From an uncultured Thermoleophilia bacterium (GTDB lineage Bacteria; Actinomycetota; Thermoleophilia; UBA2241): a stretch of 64,000 nt of DNA. Numbering within the stretch: position 1 is the stretch's first letter; each line of letters opens with the position of its first letter. The position numbers and the translations under genes were made by a program. The notes below the pieces were generated by a model. That model searched no databases and was not told the origin of the DNA. It saw nothing but the letters and a program-made list of their open reading frames with translations. Positions 50,058 to 60,358 of the stretch are shown piece by piece. Location of the stretch: NCBI GenBank assembly GCA_963715985.1, contig CAVQSP010000011.1, positions 288,001 to 352,000 on the forward strand. Reading direction: 5' to 3'.

Positions 50058-51761
50058 CTACTGCCGCGCGAAGCGCCCGTCGCGGCCCTGGAAGCCCAGC
50101 ACCATGAGCCGGACGCTCACCGCGCGGCCGTCACGCACGGCGAAGACGGCGGCGGTGTTGGTCTCCGGCTCACGCCAGGTGTCCCCGTCCCACGGCACGT
50201 AGCGCAGCTCGGCGCCGCGCCCGAGCTTGACCGTCAGCGCGGTCCCGCTGGCCGGCATCACGGTGACGCGCCCGTAGTAGTCGTTGGCGTAGGTGCCCGC
50301 GTAGACCGCCTCCGCACGCGGCGGAGCCGCCCCGGCCGGCGGCGTCTCGGGGAGGTGCCGGTACGGGTCGAGGATCGACCCCTTCATCGCCGCCTTGATC
50401 GCCGCCTGCTGCTGCGCCAGCCAGTCCTGCTGCGGCACGCCCTCCATGTACAGGTCGTAGAGCGTGCGGCTCAACGCCGCCGCCAGTGCGTGCCCCTCGG
50501 GGAAGGCGTTCGTCAGCACGACGATGCCGACGCCGTCCGCAGGCACCATGCTGATGAGCGTGCTCGCACCGGCGCTGAAGTCGCCGCCGTGGTGCACCAC
50601 CAGGCGCCCCAGGTAGCTCGAGGTCTCCCAGCCGAGCGCATAGGCGGTGGGGCCGGCGTCGTCCTGGCCGCTGCTCGTGGTGGCGGTGTGGGTCGCGGCC
50701 AGCGCCTCCGTGCCGGCCACGCGCACGCCTGCCAGGGCCCCGCCGTTCAGCTGCATGCGCAGGTACGGCACCATGTCGGCGATGGTCGAGCTCACGCCGC
50801 CCGCCGCCGCGAACAGGTCGTCGTCCTCTGACGTGCCCGCCTGCATGACGCCGTCCACCAGCGTGTGTGAGGCGGAGCGGTCGGGAGCGTCGAGGTAGGC
50901 CCGGTAGCTGAGGACGGTGGAGTCCATACCCAGCGGCTCGACCACGCGCGCGCTCACGAGCTTCTCCCATGACTCGCCGGTGGCCCTGGAGGCGGTGACC
51001 GCGGCGGCCGTGACCAGCGCGTTCTGGTAGGCGTACGCGGCGCGGAAGCCGGCGGCCGGCTGGAGATAGCGGAGCCGGTGCAGGATCTCCATGCGGCCGT
51101 ACCCGAACTGCTCGAGCTCATCGCCGGCGTAGGCCGGCAGCCCGCTGCGCTGCGCCATGAGGTCGCGGACGGTGACGTGAGCACTCACCCAGGGGTCCCA
51201 GAGCGCGAAGTCCGGCCAGTACGTGTGTACCGGGTCGTCCCAGCCCAGCTCGCGATCCGTGACCAGCGCGGCGAGCATGGTCGCCGTGAAGCTCTTGGAG
51301 ATGGAGGCGAGCTGGAAGACGGTGTCCTTGTCCACCTTCTCCGGCGCGCCGGCCTCGCGCACGCCGAAGCAGTTCACGTACACGGCCTGGTCGCCCGCGA
51401 CCACGGCCACGGCGGCGCCGGGTACCTCGCTGCGCGCGAAGATGTCCTGGGCCTCCACGCCGAACTGCGGCAGGATCGCCTGGACGGCCTCGGCGGCGGC
51501 CGCGCGGCGCGCGGCGGCCGCCTCTTCGGCCGAAGGCGTCGCAGCCGGTGTGGGCACGGCCGCGGTCGGCGAGGCCGACGGGCTCGGCGAGGCCGTGACG
51601 GCCGCCGACGGCGACGGTGAGGAGAGGAGGGTGGAGGTCGCGGAGGGAGGCGCACTGGGCGTCGCCGACGACGTCGGCGTCACCTTGACACCGCAGGCGG
51701 CCGCGGCGGCGACGATGGCGGCCGCCACGACCGCCGCCACGATCACGGCGCGGATCTTCAT
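50058..51761 (-). CDS. Serine hydrolase (beta-lactamase/AmpC family) lipoprotein
   Basis: Lipobox-like AAAC-G, S/P/T linker, SxxK (ASISKS), YxN (YQN), HGG. Confidence 0.88.
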   Translation of the reverse strand: MKIRAVIVAAVVAAAIVAAAAACGVKVTPTSSATPSAPPSATSTLLSSPSPSAAVTASPSPSASPTAAVPTPAATPSAEEAAAARRAAAAEAVQAILPQFGVEAQDIFARSEVPGAAVAVVAGDQAVYVNCFGVREAGAPEKVDKDTVFQLASISKSFTATMLAALVTDRELGWDDPVHTYWPDFALWDPWVSAHVTVRDLMAQRSGLPAYAGDELEQFGYGRMEILHRLRYLQPAAGFRAAYAYQNALVTAAAVTASRATGESWEKLVSARVVEPLGMDSTVLSYRAYLDAPDRSASHTLVDGVMQAGTSEDDDLFAAAGGVSSTIADMVPYLRMQLNGGALAGVRVAGTEALAATHTATTSSGQDDAGPTAYALGWETSSYLGRLVVHHGGDFSAGASTLISMVPADGVGIVVLTNAFPEGHALAAALSRTLYDLYMEGVPQQDWLAQQQAAIKAAMKGSILDPYRHLPETPPAGAAPPRAEAVYAGTYANDYYGRVTVMPASGTALTVKLGRGAELRYVPWDGDTWREPETNTAAVFAVRDGRAVSVRLMVLGFQGRDGRFARQ

Positions 51762-51865
51762 AGACGGGCCTCCATGACCTTTCCTTTTCGCCGCCGGAGC
51801 GCCCTTCCCCCCGTCACCGCGGACAGGCGGGTGTAGACTGCGCGGAGTCTCGGAGAGGGGGCAGA

Positions 51866-53464
51866 ATGGCTGTGACGGAGAGGCAGGCCGACGCGCCGGT
51901 GGCCACGCGCCAGTGGTCACCGCGGGTGAGCTCGGCCATGCTGGCGCGCCTCGCGGCGCGCGCCGCCGTGAGCGACGCGAGCGCGAGCATCGAGGTGGAG
52001 GCACCCTTCACCGGCGAGACGCTCGGCTGCATGCCGGAGGGCACGCCGGCAGACGTGGCCGCAGCCTGTGAAGCCGCCCGCGACGTGCAAAGGGACTGGG
52101 CAGCCCGCCCCTTTGCCGCGCGGGCCGCGGTGCTGCTGCGCTTCCACGATCTCCTGCTGGACAACGCCGCCGAGATCCTCGACATCATCCAATTGGAGTC
52201 GGGCAAGGCGCGGCGTCATGCCTTCGAAGAGGTCCTCGACGTCGCCGTCCAGGCACGCTTCTACGCCCACACCGCCGCCGGCTTTCTGCGGCCACGGCGG
52301 CGGCAAGGCGCGCTGCCGGTCCTCACCAAGGCGTGGGAGCATCACCACCCTCGCGGCGTCATCGGCTTCGTGGCGCCCTGGAACTACCCGCTGACGATGG
52401 CCGTCTCCGACGCCCTTGCCGCCCTGATGGCCGGCAACGGCGCGGTCATCAAGCCGGACACACAGACCCCCTACTCCTGCCTCTGGGCCGCCGGCCTCCT
52501 CGAGGAGGCCGGGCTGCCGCGGGGGCTTGTGCGTGTGGTCACCGGCCGCGGCGCACGCCTCGGCGAAGCGCTCATCTCTGCCGCCGACTACCTCATGTTC
52601 ACCGGCTCCACTGCGACCGGCCGCACCGTGGCCGGACACTCGGCAGCGCAGCTCAAGGACTGCTCCATGGAGCTCGGCGGCAAGAACCCGATGCTCGTAC
52701 TCCCGGACGCCGATCTGCGCAGAGCCGTCGCGGGTGCGGTACGCGGCATCACCTCGAGCAGCGGCCAGCTCTGCATCAGTATCGAGCGACTGTACGTCCA
52801 CGCCGCCGTGTACGACGCGTTCACGGCGCGACTCGCGGATGCGCTCCGGTCCGTCAGGCTCGGGGCGAGCCTGACCTTCCGTGACGACATGGGGTCGCTG
52901 GTCAGCGCCGCGCAGCTCGCCAAGGTGGCCGGCCACGTCGACGACGCGCAGGGCAAAGGCGCGGAGGTCCTGGCGGGCGGGAGACTGCGTCCCGACCTGG
53001 GTCCGTACTTCTTCGAGCCCACGCTGCTCGGCGGTGTCGGCGAGGAGATGGAGGTGTGCCGCAGCGAGACCTTCGGTCCGGTAGCCGCCGTGTACCACTG
53101 TTCGTCCCTCGACGACATGGTGCGGCGCGCCAATGACTCCGAGTACGGCCTCAACGCGAGCGTGTGGACACGTGACACGCGGCGCGGGCGCAGGGTGGCG
53201 ACCCGCTTGCAGGCAGGCACCGCCAACGTCAACGAGGCCTACTCGGCCACGTGGGCCTCAGCCGGACCGATGGGCGGGTTCAAGCAGTCCGGCATGGGCC
53301 GCAGGCACGGACGCCAGGGCATCGTGAAGTACACGGAGGCGCAGACGGTGGCCGTGGAGCGGCTGCTGGCCATCGACACGCCCCCGTTCCTCACGCACGC
53401 CCAGTACGCGGCCCTCATGGGGCCGGCGGTCAAGCTGATGCGCCGCATTCCCGGCATCAAGTGA
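51866..53464 (+). CDS. Aldehyde dehydrogenase, succinic-semialdehyde dehydrogenase-like
   Basis: PWNYP, FTGST, MELGGKN, GQLCIS, ETFGP, GGFKQSG. Confidence 0.9.
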   Translation: MAVTERQADAPVATRQWSPRVSSAMLARLAARAAVSDASASIEVEAPFTGETLGCMPEGTPADVAAACEAARDVQRDWAARPFAARAAVLLRFHDLLLDNAAEILDIIQLESGKARRHAFEEVLDVAVQARFYAHTAAGFLRPRRRQGALPVLTKAWEHHHPRGVIGFVAPWNYPLTMAVSDALAALMAGNGAVIKPDTQTPYSCLWAAGLLEEAGLPRGLVRVVTGRGARLGEALISAADYLMFTGSTATGRTVAGHSAAQLKDCSMELGGKNPMLVLPDADLRRAVAGAVRGITSSSGQLCISIERLYVHAAVYDAFTARLADALRSVRLGASLTFRDDMGSLVSAAQLAKVAGHVDDAQGKGAEVLAGGRLRPDLGPYFFEPTLLGGVGEEMEVCRSETFGPVAAVYHCSSLDDMVRRANDSEYGLNASVWTRDTRRGRRVATRLQAGTANVNEAYSATWASAGPMGGFKQSGMGRRHGRQGIVKYTEAQTVAVERLLAIDTPPFLTHAQYAALMGPAVKLMRRIPGIK

Positions 53465-53480
53465 CGGTGGAAGGGACGCC

Positions 53481-54308
53481 ATGACGACGATCGGCAACAA
53501 ACACGTCCTCATCACCGGCGGCGCCTCGGGTCTGGGGCGCCGCCTGGCCGGCCGTTGCGCCGGGTCCGGAGCGACCGTGAGCATCTGGGACCTGGACGCG
53601 GCCGGCGCCGCGGACGCCGCCGCGGAGGCGGCGGAGCTCGGCCCCGGCCACGTGCGCGCCTACGCCTGCGACGTCGGAGACGCCGAGCAGGTGGCGGCGC
53701 GCGCCCTGGAGACGGTGGCCGAACAGGGCGAGGTGGACATCCTTGTCAACAACGCGGGCGTGGTGAGCGGACGCCCGCTGATGGAGTTGAGCCCGGAACA
53801 CATCGAGCGCACCCTCAGGGTCAACACGCTCGCGCTCTTCTGGACCACGCGGGCGTTCCTGCCGGCCATGACGGCCCGCGGCAGCGGCCACGTGGTCACC
53901 GTGGCTTCAGCCGCCGGCCTCATCGGCACGCCGCGCCAGACCGACTACGCGGCCAGCAAACACGCGGCGGTGGGCTTCAACGAGGCGCTGAGATTCGAGC
54001 TCAAGCGCAGCGCCCCCGGCGTCAAGACCACCGTGATCTGCCCCTTCTACATCGACACGGGCATGTTCCACGGCGTCAAGTCGCGCTTCCCGCTGCTGCT
54101 CCCGATCCTCAAGGAGGCGGACGTGGTGGAGCGCATCGTGCGAGCCATCCAACACGACACCCCGCAGGTGCTCCTGCCGTGGATGGTCAACACGCTGCCG
54201 GCGATGCGCCTGCTGCCGGTGTGGGCGTTCGACCGCGCCGCCGACTTCTTCGGCCTCACGGTGGCCATGGACGAGTTCACGGGCAGGGCGGCGGCGGAGA
54301 AGACGTGA
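53481..54308 (+). CDS. SDR oxidoreductase (retinol dehydrogenase / 17bHSD-like)
   Basis: TGGASGLG, LVNNAG, DYAASK, CPFYIDTGMF. Confidence 0.9.
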   Translation: MTTIGNKHVLITGGASGLGRRLAGRCAGSGATVSIWDLDAAGAADAAAEAAELGPGHVRAYACDVGDAEQVAARALETVAEQGEVDILVNNAGVVSGRPLMELSPEHIERTLRVNTLALFWTTRAFLPAMTARGSGHVVTVASAAGLIGTPRQTDYAASKHAAVGFNEALRFELKRSAPGVKTTVICPFYIDTGMFHGVKSRFPLLLPILKEADVVERIVRAIQHDTPQVLLPWMVNTLPAMRLLPVWAFDRAADFFGLTVAMDEFTGRAAAEKT

Positions 54309-54338
54309 GGCGCGCGACGCCGGGCGCCGCGCCGGGTC

Positions 54339-55058
54339 TCAGAGGGCGAACTCGTGCCGGCAGTAGGAGTCGCCGGCGCTGAGCGCGTGGGTCTGATGGT
54401 GGCTGGCGGCGGGCACGCCGAGCATGCCGCATACCGTGCCCCGGTCGAACGGGCAGACGATGTCCGGGAACTCCTCGGCCAGCTCCTTGTACACGCAGTT
54501 GCGGACCTCGAACACCACCGGACCCGCGGGATCCTCGCTTACCGTGACCCCGTAGCCGGCCTCGTCCATCCACGCCGCCACGGCCTGAGGGTCGAGTGAC
54601 GCGGTGTGACCGTTGTCGGCGTTGCCGGCGATGGCCGACGCGGTCTCCTCGCCGAAGGCTCTGCCGAGCTCGAACGCGGCGTCGGCCGCCTGCTCGCGCT
54701 CGAGCGAGGCGTCGATGAGGCGCAGGAGCTGGCGCGAGAGCCGCTCGTAGCGGCGCGGCGGCAGCATGATCTCGAGACGCTCACCGCTGAGGGCGTACGT
54801 CTTGGCGGGGCGGCCGCCGCCGGCCCGCCGCCGCGTGCCGGTGACGAGAAGGTCCACCTCACCGAGCTTCTCGAGGTGAGCTCTGGCGACCGTGCGGTGC
54901 AGGCCGAAGGTGTCCGCCACCTCGGACGCGGTGAGCGGTGCGGTGGCGAGGCGAAGGTGGCCGTAGATCGCGCGACGTGTCGGGTCGCCGAACACGTCGG
55001 CGAGCCGACTGAGATAGGCGCCGTCACTGTCGTAGCGCGTCTTCACCACCCAGACCAT
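54339..55058 (-). CDS. ArsR/SufR-like HTH regulator with Cys-containing sensor domain
   Basis: DPTRRAIY, HL..L, GRP.K.Y, RRYE.L, NCVY..LA.....VC, terminal C; start uncertain. Confidence 0.8.
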   Translation of the reverse strand: MVWVVKTRYDSDGAYLSRLADVFGDPTRRAIYGHLRLATAPLTASEVADTFGLHRTVARAHLEKLGEVDLLVTGTRRRAGGGRPAKTYALSGERLEIMLPPRRYERLSRQLLRLIDASLEREQAADAAFELGRAFGEETASAIAGNADNGHTASLDPQAVAAWMDEAGYGVTVSEDPAGPVVFEVRNCVYKELAEEFPDIVCPFDRGTVCGMLGVPAASHHQTHALSAGDSYCRHEFAL

Positions 55059-55209
55059 ATCGCAGTCCGCGCCCGGAGCCAAGGATTGGGAGCATCTCTG
55101 CGCACACAATCCCGGGCGGGGCATGGAAGCGTGCACGCGTGGGAAAGGAGCAGACACCGGCGCCGGCCTCGTCCGGCGCGAAGGCACTCAGGGATCCGGA
55201 GGCCAACGA

Positions 55210-55413
55210 ATGATCAAGGTGAAGACGTTCACGACGCCCATCCAGATGTTCGCAACGGTCAGAGAGCTGCAGGAGCTGGACGACAAGGTGACTGCGTTTC
55301 TCAACGACGCGCAGGTCGAGGCCGTGTTCTCGGTGAGCGACGCGACCACGGTCGGGGAGAAGGGCGAGACCATCGGCCTCATCCGCACCGTGGCGTATCG
55401 CACCGCCGACTGA
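55210..55413 (+). CDS. Small conserved hypothetical protein
   Basis: GGAGG RBS; MIKVKTF..ELQELD.KV..FL..VSD....GETIGLIR. Confidence 0.75.
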   Translation: MIKVKTFTTPIQMFATVRELQELDDKVTAFLNDAQVEAVFSVSDATTVGEKGETIGLIRTVAYRTAD

Positions 55414-55419
55414 CGCAGC

Positions 55420-56292
55420 GTGAGCCGCGAGCAGGACACCCCCCTCCCCGCGGAGGCACGGGCCGCGAACCTGCGCCTGTGGAACGCCTGGACGAAGATC
55501 CACGAGACCTCGGAGTTCTACGACGTCGACGGCTTCAAAGCCGGCGGAACCTCGTTGTGGCCGCTGGAGCTGGAGGAGCTGGGGCCGTTCATCCACGAAG
55601 GCACCACCCTGCTGCACCTGCAGTGCCACTTCGGCATGGACACGCTGAGCTGGGCGCGGCGCGGCGCCGAGGCGGTCGGGCTCGACCTCTCCGACGAGGC
55701 CGTCGCCCTGGCGCGGCGCCTGGCCGCGGAGGTCGGCCTCGCCGAGCGCGCGGAGTTCATCTGCGCCGACGTGTACGACGCGGACGCACACCTCGACGGG
55801 CGGTCGTTCGACGTCGTCTTCGTGAGCTGGGGCGCCATCGAGTGGCTGCCGGACCTGGACGCGTGGGCCGGCATCATCGCCCGCCACCTGCGCCCCGGCG
55901 GCACCTTCTACATGGCGGAGATCCATCCGTTCGCGTACGGCCTCGACGAGGTACCGGGGACGCACGACGTGCAGGTCAAGTACCGCCAGCTGCCGGCACC
56001 CGACCGGCCGGACGTAGAACCGGTCGAGGGCAGTTACGCGGACATGAGCGCCGACACGACCGGCCTCGTCTCGTACGGCTGGCCGCACAGCTTCGCCGAG
56101 ATCCTTGGGGCGCTCACCGGCGCCGGCCTGCGCCTCGAGCACCTGCACGAGTTCCCCATGTCGCCGGCGCCGTTCTGGGACTGGATGGTGCGCGACGAGG
56201 AGCGCTGGTGGTGGCTGCCGGCGGCGGACGGGAGCCGCCGCCGCGACCTGCCCTTCAGCTACTCGCTGCGCGCCACGCGGCCTGAGGCCTGA
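55420..56292 (+). CDS. Class I SAM-dependent methyltransferase, paralog 1
   Basis: LHLQCHFG.DTLSWA, GLDLS, LRPGG. Confidence 0.9.
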   Translation: MSREQDTPLPAEARAANLRLWNAWTKIHETSEFYDVDGFKAGGTSLWPLELEELGPFIHEGTTLLHLQCHFGMDTLSWARRGAEAVGLDLSDEAVALARRLAAEVGLAERAEFICADVYDADAHLDGRSFDVVFVSWGAIEWLPDLDAWAGIIARHLRPGGTFYMAEIHPFAYGLDEVPGTHDVQVKYRQLPAPDRPDVEPVEGSYADMSADTTGLVSYGWPHSFAEILGALTGAGLRLEHLHEFPMSPAPFWDWMVRDEERWWWLPAADGSRRRDLPFSYSLRATRPEA

Positions 56293-56305
56293 CGAGGGAG
56301 GCGCC

Positions 56306-57136
56306 GTGCTCGACGAGTACCTCAAAGCGAACCTCGCCGGCTGGGACGAGTCCGTGCACGTGCACGTGGCGTCCGAGCTGTACGACGTGGATGGCTTCAA
56401 GGGCGGCAAGACGTCCCTCAGCACCCTGGAGCTGGGCGAGCTCGGCCCGCTCGTCCACGACGGCACCACCCTGCTGCACCTGCAGTGCCACTTCGGCCTG
56501 GACACGCTGAGCTGGGCGCGACGCGGCGCCGTGGTCACGGGAGTCGACTTCTCCGGAGAAGGCGTCGCCACGGCGCGCGCCCTGGCCGCCGAGGTCGGCC
56601 TCTCCGCGCGCGCGACGTTCGTACAGAGCACTGTGGAGGACCTGCCGGACCGGCTGTCCGGCACCTTCGAGGTCGTCTTCACCTCGTGGGGCGCCCTCCT
56701 GTGGCTGGGTGATCTCGAACGCTGGGCCGACGTGGTCGCCCACTTCCTGCGGCCCGGTGGCGTGCTGTACGTGGCGGAGTTCCACCCCTACGCGTACCTC
56801 ATCGCGGAGGAGGCGACGCCGGAGCTGATGCGCGTCGACTACCCGTACTTCATGTACGGGGAGCCGCACCGCTGGGACGAGGCGGGGGACTACGCCGACC
56901 CCGAGGCCGTGGTCGAGCACACCGTGAGCTACGAGTGGAACCACGGCTTCGCCGAGATCATCGATCCGCTGCTGCGCCGCGGCCTGCGCCTGGACTTCCT
57001 GCACGAGCTCCCGTACACGATCCGCGGTCTGCCGTTCCCGTTCCTCGAGCTCTGCGAGGACGGTCTGCAACGCGTCAAAGGCCGCCACGACGACGTGCCC
57101 CTGAGCTTCTCTCTCCTGATGACCAAGGAAGGCTGA
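56306..57136 (+). CDS. Class I SAM-dependent methyltransferase, paralog 2
   Basis: Same motifs as paralog 1; GGAGG RBS plus GTG 56306. Confidence 0.9.
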   Translation: MLDEYLKANLAGWDESVHVHVASELYDVDGFKGGKTSLSTLELGELGPLVHDGTTLLHLQCHFGLDTLSWARRGAVVTGVDFSGEGVATARALAAEVGLSARATFVQSTVEDLPDRLSGTFEVVFTSWGALLWLGDLERWADVVAHFLRPGGVLYVAEFHPYAYLIAEEATPELMRVDYPYFMYGEPHRWDEAGDYADPEAVVEHTVSYEWNHGFAEIIDPLLRRGLRLDFLHELPYTIRGLPFPFLELCEDGLQRVKGRHDDVPLSFSLLMTKEG

Positions 57137-57138
57137 CC

Positions 57139-57420
57139 ATGACAGACGACCCCATCCCGGACCCGCTGTTTTCGGAGCCGCCAGACGGCGGCACGATCGG
57201 CGACGACGGCCTGCTCGCCATCCTCGAGTCGGCGATCGCCGACGAGCGCGCCGCCCAGGAGAAGTATCGCCTCGGCCTCGACCGCTGCGCCGACGCCGAG
57301 GCCTGCCGCATGTTCGAGCAGCTGCTGCGCGAAGAAGAGGCGCACGAGCGCGCCCTCTCGCACCGCTACGCCGAGGTCAAGAAGCGCATCGGCCTGAGCG
57401 GCGCCGGCCGCGGCGCCTGA
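57139..57420 (+). CDS. Small ferritin/rubrerythrin-like protein
   Basis: AI.DE..A...Y ... F..L..EE..H (half di-iron motif). Confidence 0.75.
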   Translation: MTDDPIPDPLFSEPPDGGTIGDDGLLAILESAIADERAAQEKYRLGLDRCADAEACRMFEQLLREEEAHERALSHRYAEVKKRIGLSGAGRGA

Positions 57421-57593
57421 GACTGACCGGCCGGCGCGCCTCAGACTGCCCGGCCGGCGCGCCGAGGGCCGTCCGGCGCGGCGCCACATCGTCCTCCCGC
57501 GTGCGCCTGACGGGCGCCCTCCGAAAGACGTAGGATGAGCCCAGCAGGCCGCACGGTCCCGTGCGCGCCACGGCGAGGCACTGGGAGGATCAC

Positions 57594-60056
57594 ATGACGG
57601 AGCGGCTCCGCGCGTCCCTGCGCGCACTCACACCCGGCGTGGTACTCCTCCTCGCCATACTGGTGTCCGGGCTCGGCGCGGCGGCGGCATCCGCCGCTCC
57701 CTCCGAGCCCACGCTCACCGTCGCGCAGCTGGAGGCGCTCCTCGCCACCTCGCCGAGCGGCACCGCCGGCGGCTACTTCAAGACCGTGCTCAAGGGCAGC
57801 GACATCGTGCGCATCCCGGTCACCGTCAAGGCCGTCGTGCCGCAGTACATCAACGGCATGTCCATGATCTTCTTCCAGGCCCAGGGGGCCGCCGTCGAGG
57901 ACATCGGCGGCATCGCCGCGGGCATGAGCGGCAGCCCCCTCTTCGTCGAGGACCACGGCATCGAGAAGCTCGCCGGCGCCGTCTCCTATGGCGACGTGTT
58001 CACCAAGGGCAACCTCGGCCTGGCCACGCCCGCCGAGTACATGGCGCACATGGAGGACACCTTCCTGCCCGCCGGTGCGGTCACGGCCACGCTGCCGCGC
58101 GCGGTCCAGGCCGGCGGCCGCACCGTCACGCGCGTGACTGTCGCGAGCTCGGCGCGCGCGGCCGACGCCCTGAGGCCGAGCGCCGGCACCGCCGTCATGG
58201 CGCCGCTCGCCGCCGTGTCCATCACGGGGCTGCCACAGGGCAGCGCCGCGTACAAGGACGTGGCGGCGCGGCTCGCCAAGCACGGCATCGAGGTGTCGCC
58301 CTTCGCCGGCCAGATCGCCGGCAAGGGCGCCGCTGCCGCGGCTCCGTTCGCCGGCGGCTCGGCCCTGGCGGCGCTGCTGGCCCGCGGCGACGTGCTCTAC
58401 GGGGCGCTCGGCACCGTCACGTGGGTCGACGGCGACCGCCTCGTCGTCTTCGGTCACCCCTTCCTGGGCATGGGCTCCATCGACGCGTACCTGACCACCG
58501 CCGTCGTGAACGGTGTCTGGGCGAGCAACATCTCCCCCTACAAGATGGGATCGGTGGGGGACCTGGCCGGCAGCCTGTTGCAGGACCGCGGCGCCGGCGT
58601 GGCCGGCCGGATGGGGCAGTTCCCCGACGAGCTGCCGGTCACCAGCACCGTCACCCTCCAGCCCCAGGGGACCGAAGGACACTCGGAGGCGTACCTCACG
58701 GACTGGGTCGTCAACGACTTCCCCGGCGGCGACGGCGTGTACCTGGCCGCCGATGCCGTCAGCGCCGCGGGCTACCAGGCAGCCGGCATGGCCACGGCCT
58801 CCGGCAGCGCCACCACGACGACCACTGTGGTCGTCACCGATTCCTCCGGCACGCGGTACACGATGGTGCGTTCCAACACCTGGGACGACGTCTACGACGT
58901 GCTCGGCTACCTGTCGTCGGACGCCGCCACCATGCTCTCGATGGTGACGGCGGACCCGGACGGCGTCGCCCCCGCGCACGTCGTGTCCGTGGACATGACC
59001 GGAGCGGTCAGCCCGTCGCGCAGCTCGGCGCGCATCGTGGACGTGCGCTTCCCTCGCGGCCTGCGGGCCGGGCAGTCGAACCCCGTCGAGGTGGAGCTCA
59101 ACCAGTACGGCAAGGTCAAGCCACTGGTGGTCAGCGGCACCCTGGACGTGCCGGCAGGTGCCTCGACCACCGGCATGGTGAACGTGTTCCCGGCCGCCAC
59201 CGGGCCGAGCGGCGGCGAGGGCGATGTCGTCGCTCCGGTCACCGGCGGCAACGACAGCGAGTCCGTGGCCGAGCGCGTCAAGGACGTCGACGAGCTGCCC
59301 ACCAACGACCAGCTCGTCGTGCAGTTCATCCCGGACGGCGCGGTCACACCCGCCGAGGGCCTCCCGGCGCTCCGCGCGTCGACCGACGGCACCTCCGCCG
59401 ACCTGCCCCAGGTCACGCTCACGGCGGCCGGCAGCTACGTGAGCGGCTCACTGCAGCTCCGCACCGGCCAGATCACGCTGGACGTCACTCCGGCCACTGT
59501 GCGCTATCGCGGCGCCTTCACCGTCAGCGGGCACATCCTCGAGACCGAGGGCGCCACCGAAGTCGACCTCTACGCGCAGCCGTACGGCGCCACGGGGCGG
59601 ACCAAGCTCGCCACCGTGCCGGCCGAGTCGGACGGCCTCGGCGGCGCCACCTTCACGTACAGCGGCGGCGGCCTCACCAGCACGACGAAGATCACGGCAG
59701 ACTGGGCCGGCGACGCCCGCGCCCTGGGCACGACGGCGAGTGTCAGGGTGCCCGTGGCCCAGTCCGCGTCGCTCACGGCCGACAGGCTCACCGTGGCGCC
59801 CGGCGGCACCGTCCGCCTCACGGCCCGGGTGCTCCCCGGGCGTCCCGGCCAGCCCGTGCGCTTCGAGCGCCGTTCCGGCGGGTCCTGGGTCCTCATCCGC
59901 ACGGTCAAGGCCTCTCAGGCCGGCCAGGGTGTCACCGCCGCCATCTCGTGGACGCCGCCCACGGGCGCCACCCGGGTGCGCGTGCGCGTGCCGGCGACGC
60001 CGGCCAACGCCGCCTCCAGCAGCGCGGCGCTCACCGTGCGCACCACGGTCCGCTGA
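57594..60056 (+). CDS. Secreted SpoIVB-type (S55) peptidase-domain protein
   Basis: Signal peptide, GGIAAGMSGSP, GAVSYG, GTVT, FGHPF, QDR. Confidence 0.85.
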   Translation: MTERLRASLRALTPGVVLLLAILVSGLGAAAASAAPSEPTLTVAQLEALLATSPSGTAGGYFKTVLKGSDIVRIPVTVKAVVPQYINGMSMIFFQAQGAAVEDIGGIAAGMSGSPLFVEDHGIEKLAGAVSYGDVFTKGNLGLATPAEYMAHMEDTFLPAGAVTATLPRAVQAGGRTVTRVTVASSARAADALRPSAGTAVMAPLAAVSITGLPQGSAAYKDVAARLAKHGIEVSPFAGQIAGKGAAAAAPFAGGSALAALLARGDVLYGALGTVTWVDGDRLVVFGHPFLGMGSIDAYLTTAVVNGVWASNISPYKMGSVGDLAGSLLQDRGAGVAGRMGQFPDELPVTSTVTLQPQGTEGHSEAYLTDWVVNDFPGGDGVYLAADAVSAAGYQAAGMATASGSATTTTTVVVTDSSGTRYTMVRSNTWDDVYDVLGYLSSDAATMLSMVTADPDGVAPAHVVSVDMTGAVSPSRSSARIVDVRFPRGLRAGQSNPVEVELNQYGKVKPLVVSGTLDVPAGASTTGMVNVFPAATGPSGGEGDVVAPVTGGNDSESVAERVKDVDELPTNDQLVVQFIPDGAVTPAEGLPALRASTDGTSADLPQVTLTAAGSYVSGSLQLRTGQITLDVTPATVRYRGAFTVSGHILETEGATEVDLYAQPYGATGRTKLATVPAESDGLGGATFTYSGGGLTSTTKITADWAGDARALGTTASVRVPVAQSASLTADRLTVAPGGTVRLTARVLPGRPGQPVRFERRSGGSWVLIRTVKASQAGQGVTAAISWTPPTGATRVRVRVPATPANAASSSAALTVRTTVR

Positions 60057-60139
60057 CGTCGAGTCAAGAGCGCTGAGGGCCGCGGGCGGCATCGCCGCCC
60101 GCGGCCCTCATCCCCTTCTCAGACTGGCCGCCACCGGTC

Positions 60140-60168
60140 TTGACCGGAGGCCGACGCAGTCGTATCCT
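60140..60168 (+). promoter_or_regulatory. Orphan sigma70-type promoter
   Basis: TTGACC-N17-TATCCT with no credible plus-strand CDS downstream. Confidence 0.7.
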
Positions 60169-60174
60169 TTTTGT

Positions 60175-60300
60175 GCGTCTTCATAGTCGAAATCTATGAA
60201 TGCGCGTCCCGTCAGGGGGACAGAAGCGGTGCCCGTCCCACCGGGCACCCGGGCCCCTCGAAGGCGGCGCCCCCCCTCCAGGCGCCGCCTTCGGCCTTTC
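60175..60300 (+). ncRNA. Putative small RNA with four hairpins and C-rich loops (6C-like)
   Basis: Promoter, four consecutive stems, last stem 13 bp followed by GCCTTT. Confidence 0.55.
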
Positions 60301-60358
60301 CGGAGGATGCTGCCGAGTGGCCCAACGGCGGCGCTTCTCCCTGCCCCCGCTCAGCCGT

